A DNA stretch of 46,972 nucleotides, counting the filler, from Catajapyx aquilonaris (taxonomy: Eukaryota): the NCBI GenBank assembly GCA_000934665.2. It is 2 parts of 2 records of this genome, joined end to end, with 100 filler letters (N's around TTAATTAATTAA, not from the genome) between each part and the next. Parts side by side here need not be neighbours in the genome. Positions count along the whole stretch, not along the records: positions 1 to 23,439 come from JYFJ02005676.1; positions 23,540 to 46,972 come from KZ539397.1. One strand, 5' to 3'. The notes under the pieces were generated by a model. That model worked only from the letters and a program-made list of their open reading frames with translations. It was not told where the DNA came from and searched no databases. Position numbers and translations under genes: made by a program. Below are positions 13,627 to 26,311 of this stretch, piece after piece. Within the stretch, counting starts at the first letter, position 1. The number at the start of each line of letters is the position of its first letter.

Positions 13627-13833
13627 GCTGTGATATATCTGCAACATTTTACATATCAGGATAATATATTACACTTTTAGTATTGCTTCAACAAGAGCAT
13701 GGTACCGATGTCACCATAACAACAATGACTTTCAACAATGCTAAAACAATGAAGAGGCTTGTAATATCAGTACCGTGTTATGGTTGCAGCAATAAATAAT
13801 CGAACCCTTCAGCACCATTTTAAACTCCAGACT

Positions 13834-16800
13834 TTACATCATAAGATTTTTCTTGCCCACCCTGAGCAATATTCCAGTAACAAGTATGTATACCCCGGTC
13901 CAGATGGCAGTGGCCAAAAATCCGGGCCAGACACCGGGATGAAGTACGCTCCATCCCCTCAGGAGCAGACTCCTGGACGCCTCGGTGGCCCAGGTGGTAG
14001 GAAGCCCGAGGCAAAACCACCTCATCCATTGGGACACTCCTTCCAATGGCCATACAGTGCTGCTCAGCAGGATTGTTGGATACATCCACGAGAAAATGAG
14101 AGGCACCAGAATGTGTATGTCGGAAGCCAGGAGGGAGAGGACATATCCAGCACACATTCCACACATGGCTTGACAGCAGAGGAGGAGCATGAACCAGAAG
14201 AGAGGCAGGTTGATCTCGAAGCCTTGGTACAGGTACATGACCAGGAGCATTCCAACCAGCTGGACACTGAAGATCATGTACTGGACCGCCATCTGAGCCA
14301 CGAACATCTTCACGTCATTGATTCCTGAAGAAATACATTGGCCGCACTTCATTGGTAGAGTCAGGTGGTTAATTTATTGGCAATATTGCGCATGACAACC
14401 AAAATATGAACAGGCTCCTAATTTATTTACATTATGCAAATGGCGACAAGTAAGCTGGACAATATCCTGGTTCATTTTTTGGTAGTTGAGTATTAGCAAG
14501 TGTGCCAATGTTACTTATCAAGAAAGAAAGAGGTCTATTACTCTGTATGCAATGGTGAATAATTAATAATGTTATAAGCTTATTACGAAAAGCCACATCA
14601 CTCTGCGGGCTTGTAACCCAAGTGTGTAACATACCTGCTACAAAAGACCTCTGAATAACGCCATCTTTCTTCTCCAAAACCAACAGGCCCGAAGAGAAAC
14701 TCATAGACACTGCAAACACAATGCTGAAAATAGCGAAAATACTTCATAATTCAGATTTATGGCACAAAGTGTTTATTCTACCATTTTGCTGTATTATACT
14801 CTGTGGTGTATTATCTGACTCTGTTCTCTCCTTCTTGAACTTTGGACTTAAGCAGTGTACAGTACCACGACCCTATACAATCAGCCTACGGTAAGTTAGT
14901 AATGCATTACCTGATGAACATTCCAGGTGCCATGAACGATTGGAAAGTGGGTTTGTTGGTACCATATATTGCATCCCCTAAGTCAATCGGAGCCACTCCA
15001 AGTACTTCATCGGTTGAACATGACTGCAATACTTGATTTATGAACTCCATGAAGCTTCTTATCACCATGTGTTGAACCACGTATCCAATTTCTTGATCTG
15101 TAAGAATGACAAATGAGGCATTATTATGCTCCTTATGATTAATTTTAAGAATATCATGCAATTATTGATTGCTTACTGGTCATATCCATTCTAAGGGTAG
15201 TTATAGAGTTGGTTAAGGTTTTGTTGTCTATTTGGGTGCCTTTCGTCAACCTCTCTATGATGTTGCTGGAGTAGTTTTGAGGAAAATACAGCACTCCCCA
15301 AGACTCTCCCCTGCTTATTGCTTCAACCGCCTTTGCTTCATTCACGTATGGAATCTACAGAGATAAACCATGTACTGTGCGAAAAAAATTGCTCATATTT
15401 GGTCATATTGACAATAAGCAACATGAATGAACAATATGAATACACATAGTAATGTTACTAACCAAATCGATCATGTCATGGTCCAGTTCGTTAAGGTAAC
15501 GGCAGCTGAGATTCTGGTAGTGACATCCACCGTCATATTGGCAGAACGGATCTGATGGCCACTCGTTGTTGACCAGAGATATTTTCAGCTTCTTCGGATC
15601 ATTTCCAATGAACATCGAGAACATCCACATTATGGCGGGAGGCAGAATGAAGAAAATCAGGAGTGCTCTGAATATGAAGGCAAAAGTTCATATTTGAGAT
15701 CAACAAAAATCAAGGCCAATTTATGGCATTTTATTCATTGCTGATTTTTATTATCATACATTAAAGACACAAGGATCCAAACAACTACAAGTACTTACTT
15801 GATCATCCTAAATAGACGACTGTAGTTTTTGTAAATGACGGCATTGACGTGATGAAAAAACGACGAAGGCTTGCGACAGCTTGGTATCCCAACTTCCTTT
15901 TCATCTTTCTCCTCATATTGTGGCTGAATTTCTTCCGCTTCCAAACAGCTATTGACCTCAGTCTCGTCCTGATCTTTCTCATCCTTGATGCAGAGGGTCA
16001 AGAAGACTTTCTCTATGTGTGGACAGTTGTACCTGAGCAGAAGAGAAGTGGGCGAATCCTGCTCCAGCATGTGTCCGTCCCTCATCAGGCCGACCATGTG
16101 AGCCAACTTAGCTTCCTCTGTGTCGTGGGTGGTGAACAGTACTGTTGTGTTGTTTTCAGCAGTGATCTTGCGCAGGTAAAACCATATCCTGGAACAAACT
16201 TGGAGTGACAATCTGTTTGGTTTCGAGTGTGCCATATGACTCACTTTTGTCGAAGAAGTGGATCCAACCCTACTGTTGGTTCATCCAGCACAAGAAATTC
16301 GCCTCCATGAAACAAAGCCACTGCCAGGGACACTCTCCGTCGTTGACCTCCACTGGAAACCGAACCGTTATTAAAACGACCTTTGACCTGGTCATGTCAG
16401 TCGTACCTCAATGAATGAATAACTCGAGTTGCTTCCGGAAGTTGCAACAGTCCTACCAGGTACTTAACCCTCGACTTCCTCTCATCCGAAGTCATACCAT
16501 GTATGAGCCCAAAGTAGACCAGCATTTCCTCGATTGAACAGTCCAGGTACATTCCCAGGTCCTGAGGCATGTAACCTACCCTGATGCCGGGCACAGCTGC
16601 CTCGTCGGTACCGGGTGCGTACCCGTACACTCGGACAGTACCGGAGTTCAGCTTCTTCAGACCTAGTATGCATTGCAGGAGAGTGGTTTTACCACAACCA
16701 CTAGCTCCAAGCAAAGAATAGCTGGGAAAGACAGGGTGTTATAATCGTAATTCATGAATAAAATAAAATAAATATCCTACAGTGACAACATAATGTATTG

Positions 16801-17272
16801 TATTAAAAATTATGTTGTATGCATATTATGTAGCCTACGATGATGATAAGTAGCCTAAAGGTAAAGTAAGTAAAGTAAAAAAGTACAAAGTAAAAAAGTA
16901 AAAGTAAAGTAAAAGTGTACTGCAAGTAAAGTAAAAGTAAAGTAAAAGTGTACTGTAAGTAAAAGGAGAAGTAGTGCCATTATTATTGAGGTCTCTTCAC
17001 TCTTTGCATAGATACAGATAGAGCTCGCTTAATTATTGCTAATTAAAAAGTTTGATTTCAGGTGCAACCTTCACTATATGATTGGTTTTTGAAATCTGGA
17101 AGTATCAGAAAATTCATACTTACATTGTACCTAGTTTGACGGTCATGTTCATGTTGATTAAAACTGGAAACAAACTTTTTCCGGTTCCATACGACTTGTA
17201 TGCTTTCCGGACACTGACAGCATTAGGCAAATGACTAAGTTCGTCAGGGACGTACATGCCCCTACTTCCCAT
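13834..17272 (-). CDS. ABC transporter subfamily H (ABCH / 'ABCG23-like') half transporter, about 703 aa
   Basis: Exons 17272-17124, 16721-16407, 16352-16245, 16188-15799, 15667-15463, 15354-15177, 15097-14911, 14723-14635 and 14324-13834 total 2112 nt. N-terminal NBD: Walker [14 protein letters not shown], signature [12 protein letters not shown], Walker [14 protein letters not shown]-loop TTH. C-terminal ABC-2 type TMD ([23 protein letters not shown]). Start codon is tentative because an acceptor lies just upstream of it. Confidence 0.9.
16856..16964. repeat. Degenerate (AAAGT/AAAAGT)n microsatellite in the ABCH intron
   Basis: Repeated GTAAA(A) units with an internal duplication (AAAAGTAAAGTAAAAGTGTACTG twice). 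Confidence 0.8.
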
Positions 17273-20200
17273 TGTTTCTTGGAGCTATAAGTAAAATCTA
17301 TGAGAAAATATAGGCTATATGTTATCTGCGACCTAATTGACAAATACCCTACCTGAGGTGCAAATAATTATGTTAGAAAAATAATATAAACAATTATTAT
17401 AATAATATTACTTTACCGTAATTTCTGGGCAGAGGCAGAGGTTTATCTAGGCTCACACTGAAAATTACACTGACCAGGGTATATCTGGCCGAGTTTAAAC
17501 AGCGGCATTGTCCTTGAGCAAAGGTAATTCCTCAAATAATGCATACAAAAAGAGGACGAGGATTCGCATGACTGAAAAGTGCGTTTGATGACCTTGAATG
17601 TATGATTGCTAATGTTTTTGCCTCGTGTTTGCAATAATCATGTCTGGTTGAGACAGGCGAATCAGTTGCATGATTGTTCACTGCATCATTCAGTTTAAAG
17701 AGCACATTACACAAGTCACGTATCCTCCTTATATTGGTGACTTGGGCAATGCACCACCGTATGTAATATATGGAAAATACTCCGAGTGACTAACTTGTAA
17801 GGCAAGGTTGAATAAGTCAAGATATAAATATTATAAGCTTATAACCAATTTTAAACTGATGTTATTCATTATGGGAAACGATTAATCAGTTAATCAATCA
17901 AATAATAAGTAACAATAATTTAATTCGATAATCATATAGATCTAATATGTGGCCAAAAGTGTTTTCATTAGGCTTGTGGACTGTACCTTTTATAACACCA
18001 GTTTTACACAAAAACTCTTTAGCAACTTTTCTGCAAAAGAGACAAAAAAGGACCTCTGAGGTATAAAGCTCTGCTTTGCGTTAATGAAGTTATAAAATTA
18101 GCCAACTGATGAGAGTTATGACTAATGAGGTAGTATTTTTTTATTACTTGGTTGTGTTTTTTCATGTAATGAGAGAATTTCATATGTAGATTTTCACGGT
18201 TATTAGTCGACTATTTTTATCCTAGTGACCGCTAGTAAGAGTACTACGTGGGATAGTTGCAAAAGGCAACCCTACGTTTTATAGATGTTTCGAAATAATA
18301 CGAACAAAAAGTTTAGACAAAATATGACGTGCTTGTTTGGAAAACCAAAATTGCGCATCACACCACTAAAAACTTGAGTTTTACTCGTATTAAATATTTT
18401 TTCTCCATAGACATGATGAAATTGATGTTTCATAACATGCATTTAGACTACACTCGCACTGTATAAGGCAGTATCATACGGTAATATAGCAAGTAATAAC
18501 GAGTAATTAGGATTGAGCAAGGGCGGAATAAAATTTCTACGGATTGGTTAACCCATAACAACGAGTTTCTCTTGATTGTTGCTTTATAAAGTTTTGCTTG
18601 AGTGAACAATCCAAAGCTATACGTCATATAGTGACTGTGTCTCGACAGCTTTAAAATATAATAGCAACTCAATTCAGAGTTACATTAGCAGAAATATATT
18701 AGACTCGGAAAATCAAAAGCGCCAAAAATCAAAATTATGATAACAGATTATACAGGCTATGAATATTTAAATGCTTTTTTTTTGAAGAAAATTGGGTTTC
18801 TGAGTCTATAATTTGTCTGTTGGTTGGCGAAACGAGCATTTCTTGCATAAATGATACCACAACACTCGGCCCTATCGGATGTAGTTATGTAGGCTACTGT
18901 ACTATATTAACCACACGGCTTCTAGACTTGTTGGAGAGGTATATAACCAACTTGATCTTGCGAGAGCTCACCTTGGAGTGTCCCTTACCAGCAACGATTT
19001 CTTCAATCGTGTCTATTGCGTTGTACAGACATGACCAGTGTATACAGTACAGATTGGTTAAGAAATAATTACTGTGAAGATGAGTGTTTTTTTTGGTGAT
19101 CACATGTTTATTAGTGTGTACTACATGCTCGGGAGTGATTCATCTGAATGATAGAATCTAAACAACTGAGCAGCTCATTGCTCAATTGGTGCACGACATT
19201 CTTTCACATAAGTTGCATACCTGCAGTTTGATGCTGACCCACGATTATGTGTTTGCTCTTAAGCTGTTACAAAACCTTCTTTCAACCTCTAGTCACGTCT
19301 ATCGCCCAGTGTTGTCCTTATCTCCTCCCTTAAAATATACTTTGCCAATACCGCAATTTTTGGGATTTGCACTCCAGGAAATAGACTGGCCCTTGTTTGC
19401 TTCAAATGATTACCACAAACACAACCGGTGAAGTGGACCGCCTCAGTTTGTTCGTGGCGACCACTGTTGAAGTACGCATGAGTGAGGATCATGTCTGGAC
19501 CAGGATGGACCCGGATACAGAGCTATGGTGACCACAAACAGTATGGTCGGAATGACTCGGAAGCTGGCTGTAGAGCCAGATGGTGATAGTTTGCTTCTCT
19601 CAACAATATGCTTCTTCTGCCAAAACGGTGGTCCTATGAAGATGCTGCTTGGACCATGCCCGCGGATGTAAAAGTGCAAGTTAAAGCCACCACACCAACA
19701 AGAGCATGAGCGTCCTGCTTCTCTCGTGATGAATTTAATAACAACTGATGAGCCTGAGGATTCAATTAATCTTGAGACATTAGACTGATTACAGTGATAT
19801 ATCGCAATGTATATGCTGTGGCAAGACCGTGTTGCGGCATGATAATTATGCAAAACAATGGGAACAGTACATTTTATATAGAAAATATAATTTTTTTTAC
19901 ACACTGCTAAACGCTATATGCAATCACTCGTGGCTGTCATGAACTGTGTAATATATATGCTTCTGTATGTAACAATATGGCAAAGTCAAGGCTTTTTTTC
20001 TGACACTTGCGTGCCGCTGGATCCTGTTTGTCTACCTTTACCGACCTTTACATGCTTAGTATTCATCGCAGGGTGGATGATATACGACCTTGCGAAATAG
20101 ACACTTTATAGGACTTCATCTGGAATGGTGTTCATATAGTAACACGTCTGCACTGTTGGAGCATCGTGACAACAATGGAGAAGTACGATTGCTGCAGTGA

Positions 20201-21175
20201 CTCGTTCTGTGACTTGCTAAATATGCTAAAAGAAGATCCAGGTGACAAGTATGAAAGAAGATATTGAGTTGAAAACGTTGAAAACATACTCCGTCAATAT
20301 TGGCTAAATTTAAACATCGGACATGTTCCCGCCCTTTTAGCGCGAAATTCATTTTTTTTGCACCTCCAATGCAGTTGATAAGCGTGTTCTCAACGACTCA
20401 TGCTATCATGCGAACAAAATGCAGATGCGATCAGCAGTCAACGCGAATCATGCAGGTGTATTACGTTGTATGCGGAGCAGACCTTTGTGTCACTCATTTG
20501 CCACAATTATTTACCATCCTTCTAACAACAATGAGCATCTGTCTGGGACATATTTGGCACAGTGCCTTTGCACATCACAACCTGCTGGATTTTATACACA
20601 CCTGAAATATTAGGAAATTGTAAGTATTTATTCACTCTGTTGGGCAGTCTTTTCCGGTCGACACAGCATGACTGTTTTAAGGCTGAAAATGTTGAAAATA
20701 TGGAATGACTTTTCCTATTATTGTCACACCGCAATCATTTCATTACTGTAGATGCCCTTGCTCGATATCAGTATTCACTTCCTGGTATATTGCTCACAAT
20801 AAAGATACCATATCGCTATGTAACTACGTTTTGTTCCGGCCAACCATTGCACCGACTGGATACAACCAAGTGTAAAAATGCGATATATTCATTGCATCTT
20901 CCTGAAATAATTGACAAAAAAAATAATCATGTAACTTATGGAAGATATGCCTTTTTATTGTTATCCCCCTTGACAAGTTATGCAACAGACTAAGGGTCGT
21001 TAGTGTCGAGGCTATCGGCGCGTCAGGACCCGTCACACTTCCAGACGAGTTGGCTCCACTGGAGGGAGAGCTGGTCCCGGAAAAAGGAGGTGGGGGATTC
21101 ATACGGATGCAGTGCGCAGACCGGATTCATCTAGAGATAACGAACACATCCTCAGAGAGAGTCTCGTAGTACACC

Positions 21176-23439
21176 ATGGATACGCCGGTAGAGAGTGTTG
21201 TCACCACTCATGCCAAGCCAAACAGGAACATATTTAAGGTATTGTGGTTGAATTTGGGGTTTCATGTTTCTACACAGAGAGGTCGGGGTGTGGCCATTTG
21301 AAATCGATTCTTTCACGCCGCATCGGAATCGCGGGCTTGATTAATGGACCTTACGTAATGGCTCAGCTGATTATACCGGCAAAGGAAATGTCATTACGTT
21401 TTTCCCCACCCGCCTTGATGGTTCGATAGTGCCCTTTATGGTGATCCCGGAAATTTTTTGAGAATCTTGTCTGGTTGAAAGTACAGGGTGGTTCACAAGT
21501 GCCCAGTTCATATCAGGGGGAATTAATAATAAATAATTATTGAGGGGTCTGAGACAAAAAAAAGTCAACCTAGAAAAACTGGTCGTAGAATGAGCAAAAA
21601 CTGCAATTTTCACTAGTAAAATCTTGCAGCTTTTTACGTCCATATTATGTTGTCACAGTTCAGCTACATACGCAAATATGTAATTAATATCCAATTGCAT
21701 TAAATACATAATTGCTGAACTTATTTGTGCTACACTTTACAAAAATGGGCTAGGCTGTTTTTGGTCTCAGGCCGTCAATTTATTAATAAAAGAAATAATT
21801 AGAATACCGCACTATGGGGCTATACAAATGACATCTTGGCATCTTTATAATAATAATAATAAAATCATTTAATAATAAATTTTGCTAATGAATCTCATCG
21901 TAGCACCAGAGAGCTGGCTGAAACCTTGAGCATATGTGCATATCGATTTGTTATATCAGCTCGCGGGCGTTTATATGACAAAAATTACAGCATCCCGTCT
22001 TCACGAGAGCAGTAATAACATACCAATTTGCTAAAGTGACTTCTCTGCTATATTAGTCTGTAGCACGGAAGGGCGTTGTGCCATTATAAAATGCGTGAAT
22101 GTCAAAAGGTGCGGAGTACGTACTGGGTGGGGCAGAGTACAAATTATTGATGTCGTGCTAATACTCGTACATAATAAACAGCTTGATGGTTACATACATA
22201 TACATTTACTACGCAATTGTTGTGTATGTGAATATTGGGAGGCGGATTGACCACATTTAGAAAAGAGCTTCAGCAATATGAATCGGTCTGCTGAAATATC
22301 CGCAATAAATATTACGGGGTGGACGGAAAGTTTCTCACCTCTTATGAATATACATATATCGCCGGTGCTTCCTTTTTCAGCTTGGAGAACGTGGATCTGG
22401 TCTCCGTTTCTATGGAGGGGTTCAAGACTTTTACAAAATTCGAGAACAGTGCAAGGAAGAAGGCAAGCTGTTCGAGGATCCAGCCTTTCCTTGCACGGAT
22501 AAGTCCATTTTTTACAGCAAGACTCCACAGAAGCCCTTCGTTTGGCAGCGTCCTCACGTGAGTTAAAGAGCTATAAATTAGAAAAAATGTTGATTAATTG
22601 CATCGTTCATGTACAGGAGATTGTCGATGATCCCCGCTTGTTTTACGAAGGTGCCAGTCGATTTGACGTCAAGCAAGGTGACCTAGGTACGTTATACCTT
22701 TTGGACTGTATGTATAACAAACGACATGCAGACTGTCTCAATGTTAACTCCAAACTGTAGGCGACTGCTGGCTTCTCTCTGCTGTGGCCAATCTGACCAT
22801 GAATCCAGAACTTTTGGAACACGTGGTGCCAAAAGACCAAAATTTCCAGGATCTATACGCAGGGATATTTCACTTCAGGTATGGAATTACTTATGCCAAC
22901 GTACTCTGGCCATGAGTAGTAAATAAAACAAACAAATAAACCAAAAAATAGATACTGTAGAATGTAGATAGATAGCTCTATCGAAACATCACAATTATTT
23001 TGCAGAATTGGCAGAAATCTTGCCAGAGTGATGACTGCTCCTGGATATGTGTTTGGCTATTAAAATCATTTTTTTGGCATAATATGTGCATCAGGTTCTG
23101 GCAGTATGCCCGCTGGGTGGACGTGGTGGTGGACGACCGACTGCCCTCGTGCAATGGTCAACTCCTGTTTATGCACTCAGCAAGCAAGCAGGAGTTCTGG
23201 AGTGCCCTTATGGAGAAGGCCTATGCAAAGTGAGACTTTCAGTAATTTTTTGATGGTGACCACATTCTTGTGTGGCTAAAAATTTTTTGGCAGGCTGTTT
23301 GGTTCCTACGAGTCCCTGCAGGGAGGTACAGCCTTAGAGGCCATGGAAGACTTCACTGGAGGTGTCACAGAGATGTACAAGCTGTCCGAGGCGCCACCCA
23401 CCCTCTTCAATATTATGGTCAAGGCTGCTGAGCGAAACT
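21176..23439 (+). CDS. Classical calpain (calpain-B/A-like), 5' half only, truncated by the assembly linker
   Basis: Exons 21176-21238, 22381-22557, 22617-22686, 22761-22878, 23095-23229 and 23294-23439+ join in frame: [48 protein letters not shown] (catalytic Cys)..[51 protein letters not shown]. The exons for the catalytic His/Asn, C2-like and penta-EF domains are not in the window. Confidence 0.92.
21542..21776. mobile_element. Non-autonomous TIR element (Sola-like) in calpain intron 1
   Basis: Left GAGGGGTCTGAGACAAAAAAAAGTCAACC is imperfectly complementary to right GGCTAGGCTGTTTTTGGTCTCAGGCCGTC, with AT-rich 4-bp flanks TATT/AATT. Superfamily call is inference from the termini only. Confidence 0.45.
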
Positions 23440-23539
23440 NNNNNNNNNNNNNNNNNNNNNNNNNNNNNNNNNNNNNNNNNNNNTTAATTAATTAANNNNN
23501 NNNNNNNNNNNNNNNNNNNNNNNNNNNNNNNNNNNNNNN
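23440..23539. other. Artificial contig linker N44-TTAATTAATTAA-N44
   Basis: Exactly 100 bp and symmetric. The 12-mer at 23484-23495 places stops in all six frames. The calpain ORF ends at the left edge and does not resume. Confidence 0.95.
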
Positions 23540-25257
23540 ATTCTTGTTCTTGATTAGCCTTTGAATAATTGTGGATGATGAGATACATTGGCGCGGGGCC
23601 TTTATGGTCGGGTCGCCGTAACTCTGACACAGGTAGTTGTTTAGTATATGGACTTGAATTGTTGGGTGAATGAATGCAAGTCAGTTATGGGGTGTCCTAT
23701 CTGGGTGTGACTCGTGTGCACGGATGACAGGGACTAGCGCGACTTTATCCGGATGGAAAGTGATTGAACTTCTTGTCTTTGTCACAGCCGCATTCCTGAA
23801 CAATCGTCAAGCAAAGGACTTCGCCAGAATAAAATTATTCGGGTATAGTCTACACAAACTATTTGACTCCTCCTCTGACAGACGTTGAGGACGGGGTTTA
23901 GGGTCGTCGCATATTGGACCGGAGATGGCGGGGCTTATTTATCCAGAGGACCATAATTATGATTGTGGGGACCAAGAGGATCGGCGAAAGAAGCCCACAC
24001 TACACTACTTTTTTTTCCAGATGTGCAAGTGTTGTGGTAATTGATCGCCTGTATCATTGAGAGAATAATGGATGCTGAGATTGCTATTGTACTGAAAGGA
24101 ATAAATATATTAATTTCTAATTGCCAAAAATTCTACCGTGTAAATCCCAGTTCTTTCATGTTACCTGCGTGATTCTTTGGCGAGCTTGTAGCAATTTATT
24201 ATTTAACAACCTCGGGAAGTGTGCTTTTGAAATGCATATGGCTGTAAATGTTCCCAGAAAAATCTTCTGGTGTGATCTCAAGTGTCGGGTCAGACCATTA
24301 GGCTATCTTCCGCAAGTCGTGTCGTTAATCATCAAAAATTATTAAACAGGCATTAATCAGGGTGCACTGACCTTGGCCTATACATCGGATCATTCCGAAT
24401 TCTCAGGGTCTAGAGCAAAATAATGTACGTATTAATTATTAGGGCATAATTATATACGATGCTACGGAAATGTAAAGTCTTCACTATTCAGCGAGAAGGG
24501 GAGAGAAACAAAAGACGAACGATACCTAATCATATCCTCCCCCCCCCCCACCCCACCCCNCCCCCCCCCCGGCCCCATTTTTGACCAGAGTGTCCCACCA
24601 TTAAAACAGTTACAGGTGGTAATATATTTAATTATATTTAATCTCCAATTCATGTCATTAAATTTTGAATGTCATTAAAATAATTTCACATAAATCTTAA
24701 TGCGTAAAATCGTAAATAATAAAACAGACTGATAAAAAACGTGATTGAGTATTAAAACCTGTGCAAACACAATTCAATGTGTATAATTTATTATAGATAG
24801 CTCAGCAACAACCTGCAGCACTACGAACCAAATGCACTTACTATGTAAGTTAGAAGGTCTCAAATGATGAACATATTATGTCCTCTACATGAAATGATCT
24901 GCAGTTCATGTTTTCAAAAAATAGCGATTTTCAATAATTTATTTATAAGCATAATATACAGTATAGCCAAGGCCTATAGCCGATAGCCTCTAATTTGCAA
25001 CATATTGCCTTACCAAAACTGCTCAAATAGCCTATGTCAAGAAAAAAACAATGCAATGATCTTATGAATCTTATGAATCTTATGGATGTCTTCAAAATAA
25101 GGCTCATTATTTTGAAGACACGAATGCAAGTGAAATGAGGAATCCAAACGTAACTAGTGTCATGGGTATTTTTTGACCCCAGAATGATGCACCCCACCGT
25201 GATTATAGCTGTTTTTGAGGGCCACGAACTTTTTTTTGTGTGTGTGTGTGTATGCGT

Positions 25258-25300
<43 letters not shown>

Positions 25301-26127
25301 GCATGAGAACTAAAGCATGTAGAGGAAAACCTATTTCAGATTTGAAATCAGCGTTGAATAAATACTACGAATAAGGTGAAAAATATCATGTAACAGATTT
25401 ATTTTTTTTGCCCAGTTTATTATGCAATTACAAACCTCCTGAATGTATACCATACGCATTGATACGAAGAAACTGAATTTGACAAAGAGTGTGGGGTTTT
25501 TATTGTATTTAAAAAATTGACGGTCAAAACCACCTGAAATGCAATGAAATATCATTGAACCAAATTGATGTTACTGGTACAAAATTTGGTGAAACGGGCT
25601 CAAATCTAATACCCTGATATGCAAAGTAACATGCAAGATTTTCCTCAAATGTTTGAAGTGACCTTGGCCAAAAAAAAAACCCAGGACTATTAACAGTAAA
25701 ACATGACCATTAAAACTATTAAAACATGCTATATTAGTGTAATAAGAGAATTTCGGGGTCTGCCCAATTAAAAATGAGCATTTCGCAAAATGGATGGTTT
25801 GAGAAGGGGCATTTCGCGAAAATGCTCGTTTTTTGCGCTCGTTTTCGGGGTTTGAATTGAATGTATCCTGTAACGATCGTACGAGATGACCAGGTGAATG
25901 TACAGTACCTGGCAAGGTACCTGGTCATCGCTGGCAACCCCATCTTGGGAAAATGCCGTGATTGTCATTGCCTCATAATGAAAACCGCCAGGTAATATTG
26001 GCACAATTTACAATACCCAGGTAACTTACTGCAATGTCGTGTGTCAGTAGGCTACGTCATAAAAATTCATTTTAGAAAAATATCACAAAATGATAGCATT
26101 CTTCATAAGGGCGTCAGTCACAAAGAG

Positions 26128-26311
26128 AACCGAAGCAGGTTGGCATGGTGGATAAGGCGTCCGACTGCTAATCGGGAGGTCCTGGGTTCGAATCCCGGGG
26201 CCGGCAACCTTGACCGTGGTTTTCTGTAGTTTTCCACGGTCTTTCTAGGATAATTCCGGGGTTGCTTCCGTATAATAGGCCACAGCCGCTTCCTTCCTTC
26301 CCTATCCTTGG
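26128..26311 (+). mobile_element. tRNA-derived SINE, family A (3'-truncated copy)
   Basis: A box TGGCATGGTGG, B box GGTTCGAATCC, anticodon-like arm CCGA-CTGCTAA-TCGG, then body GTGGTTTTCTGTAGTTTTCC...GGCCACAGCCGCTTCCTTCCTTCCCTATCCTTGG. A closely similar copy lies on the - strand at 43512-43696. Confidence 0.85.

Noticed and set aside
13780..14328. 182-aa + strand ORF (and similar + ORFs at 7455-7943, 7834-8307, 35365-35693)
   Set aside because: These overlap well-supported - strand exons of ABCH, LMF2 and Appl and show no recognisable domain.
18100..19790. Hammerhead ribozyme cores at CTGATGA (about 18106 and 19745); also CTGAAGA near 46953
   Set aside because: No stem II followed by GAAA at the first two sites; the third is cut off by the window end and cannot be evaluated.
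18820..19904. Possible hidden gene between ABCH and calpain (GC-richer patches, 153-aa - strand ORF)
   Set aside because: I could not build a consistent exon chain or recognise any motif; it may be UTR exons or decayed sequence.
25150..26120. Decayed DNA-transposon-like sequence (also 30410-30645 ending TCACCCTGTA, 10896-10970, 38130-38400)
   Set aside because: Only single termini or TE-like texture; no matching second TIR or TSD to delimit an element.
26135..26207. Functional tRNA-Ser(GCT) gene
   Set aside because: Poor acceptor stem and no long variable arm; it runs directly into a body repeated at 43512-43696, so it is a SINE head.
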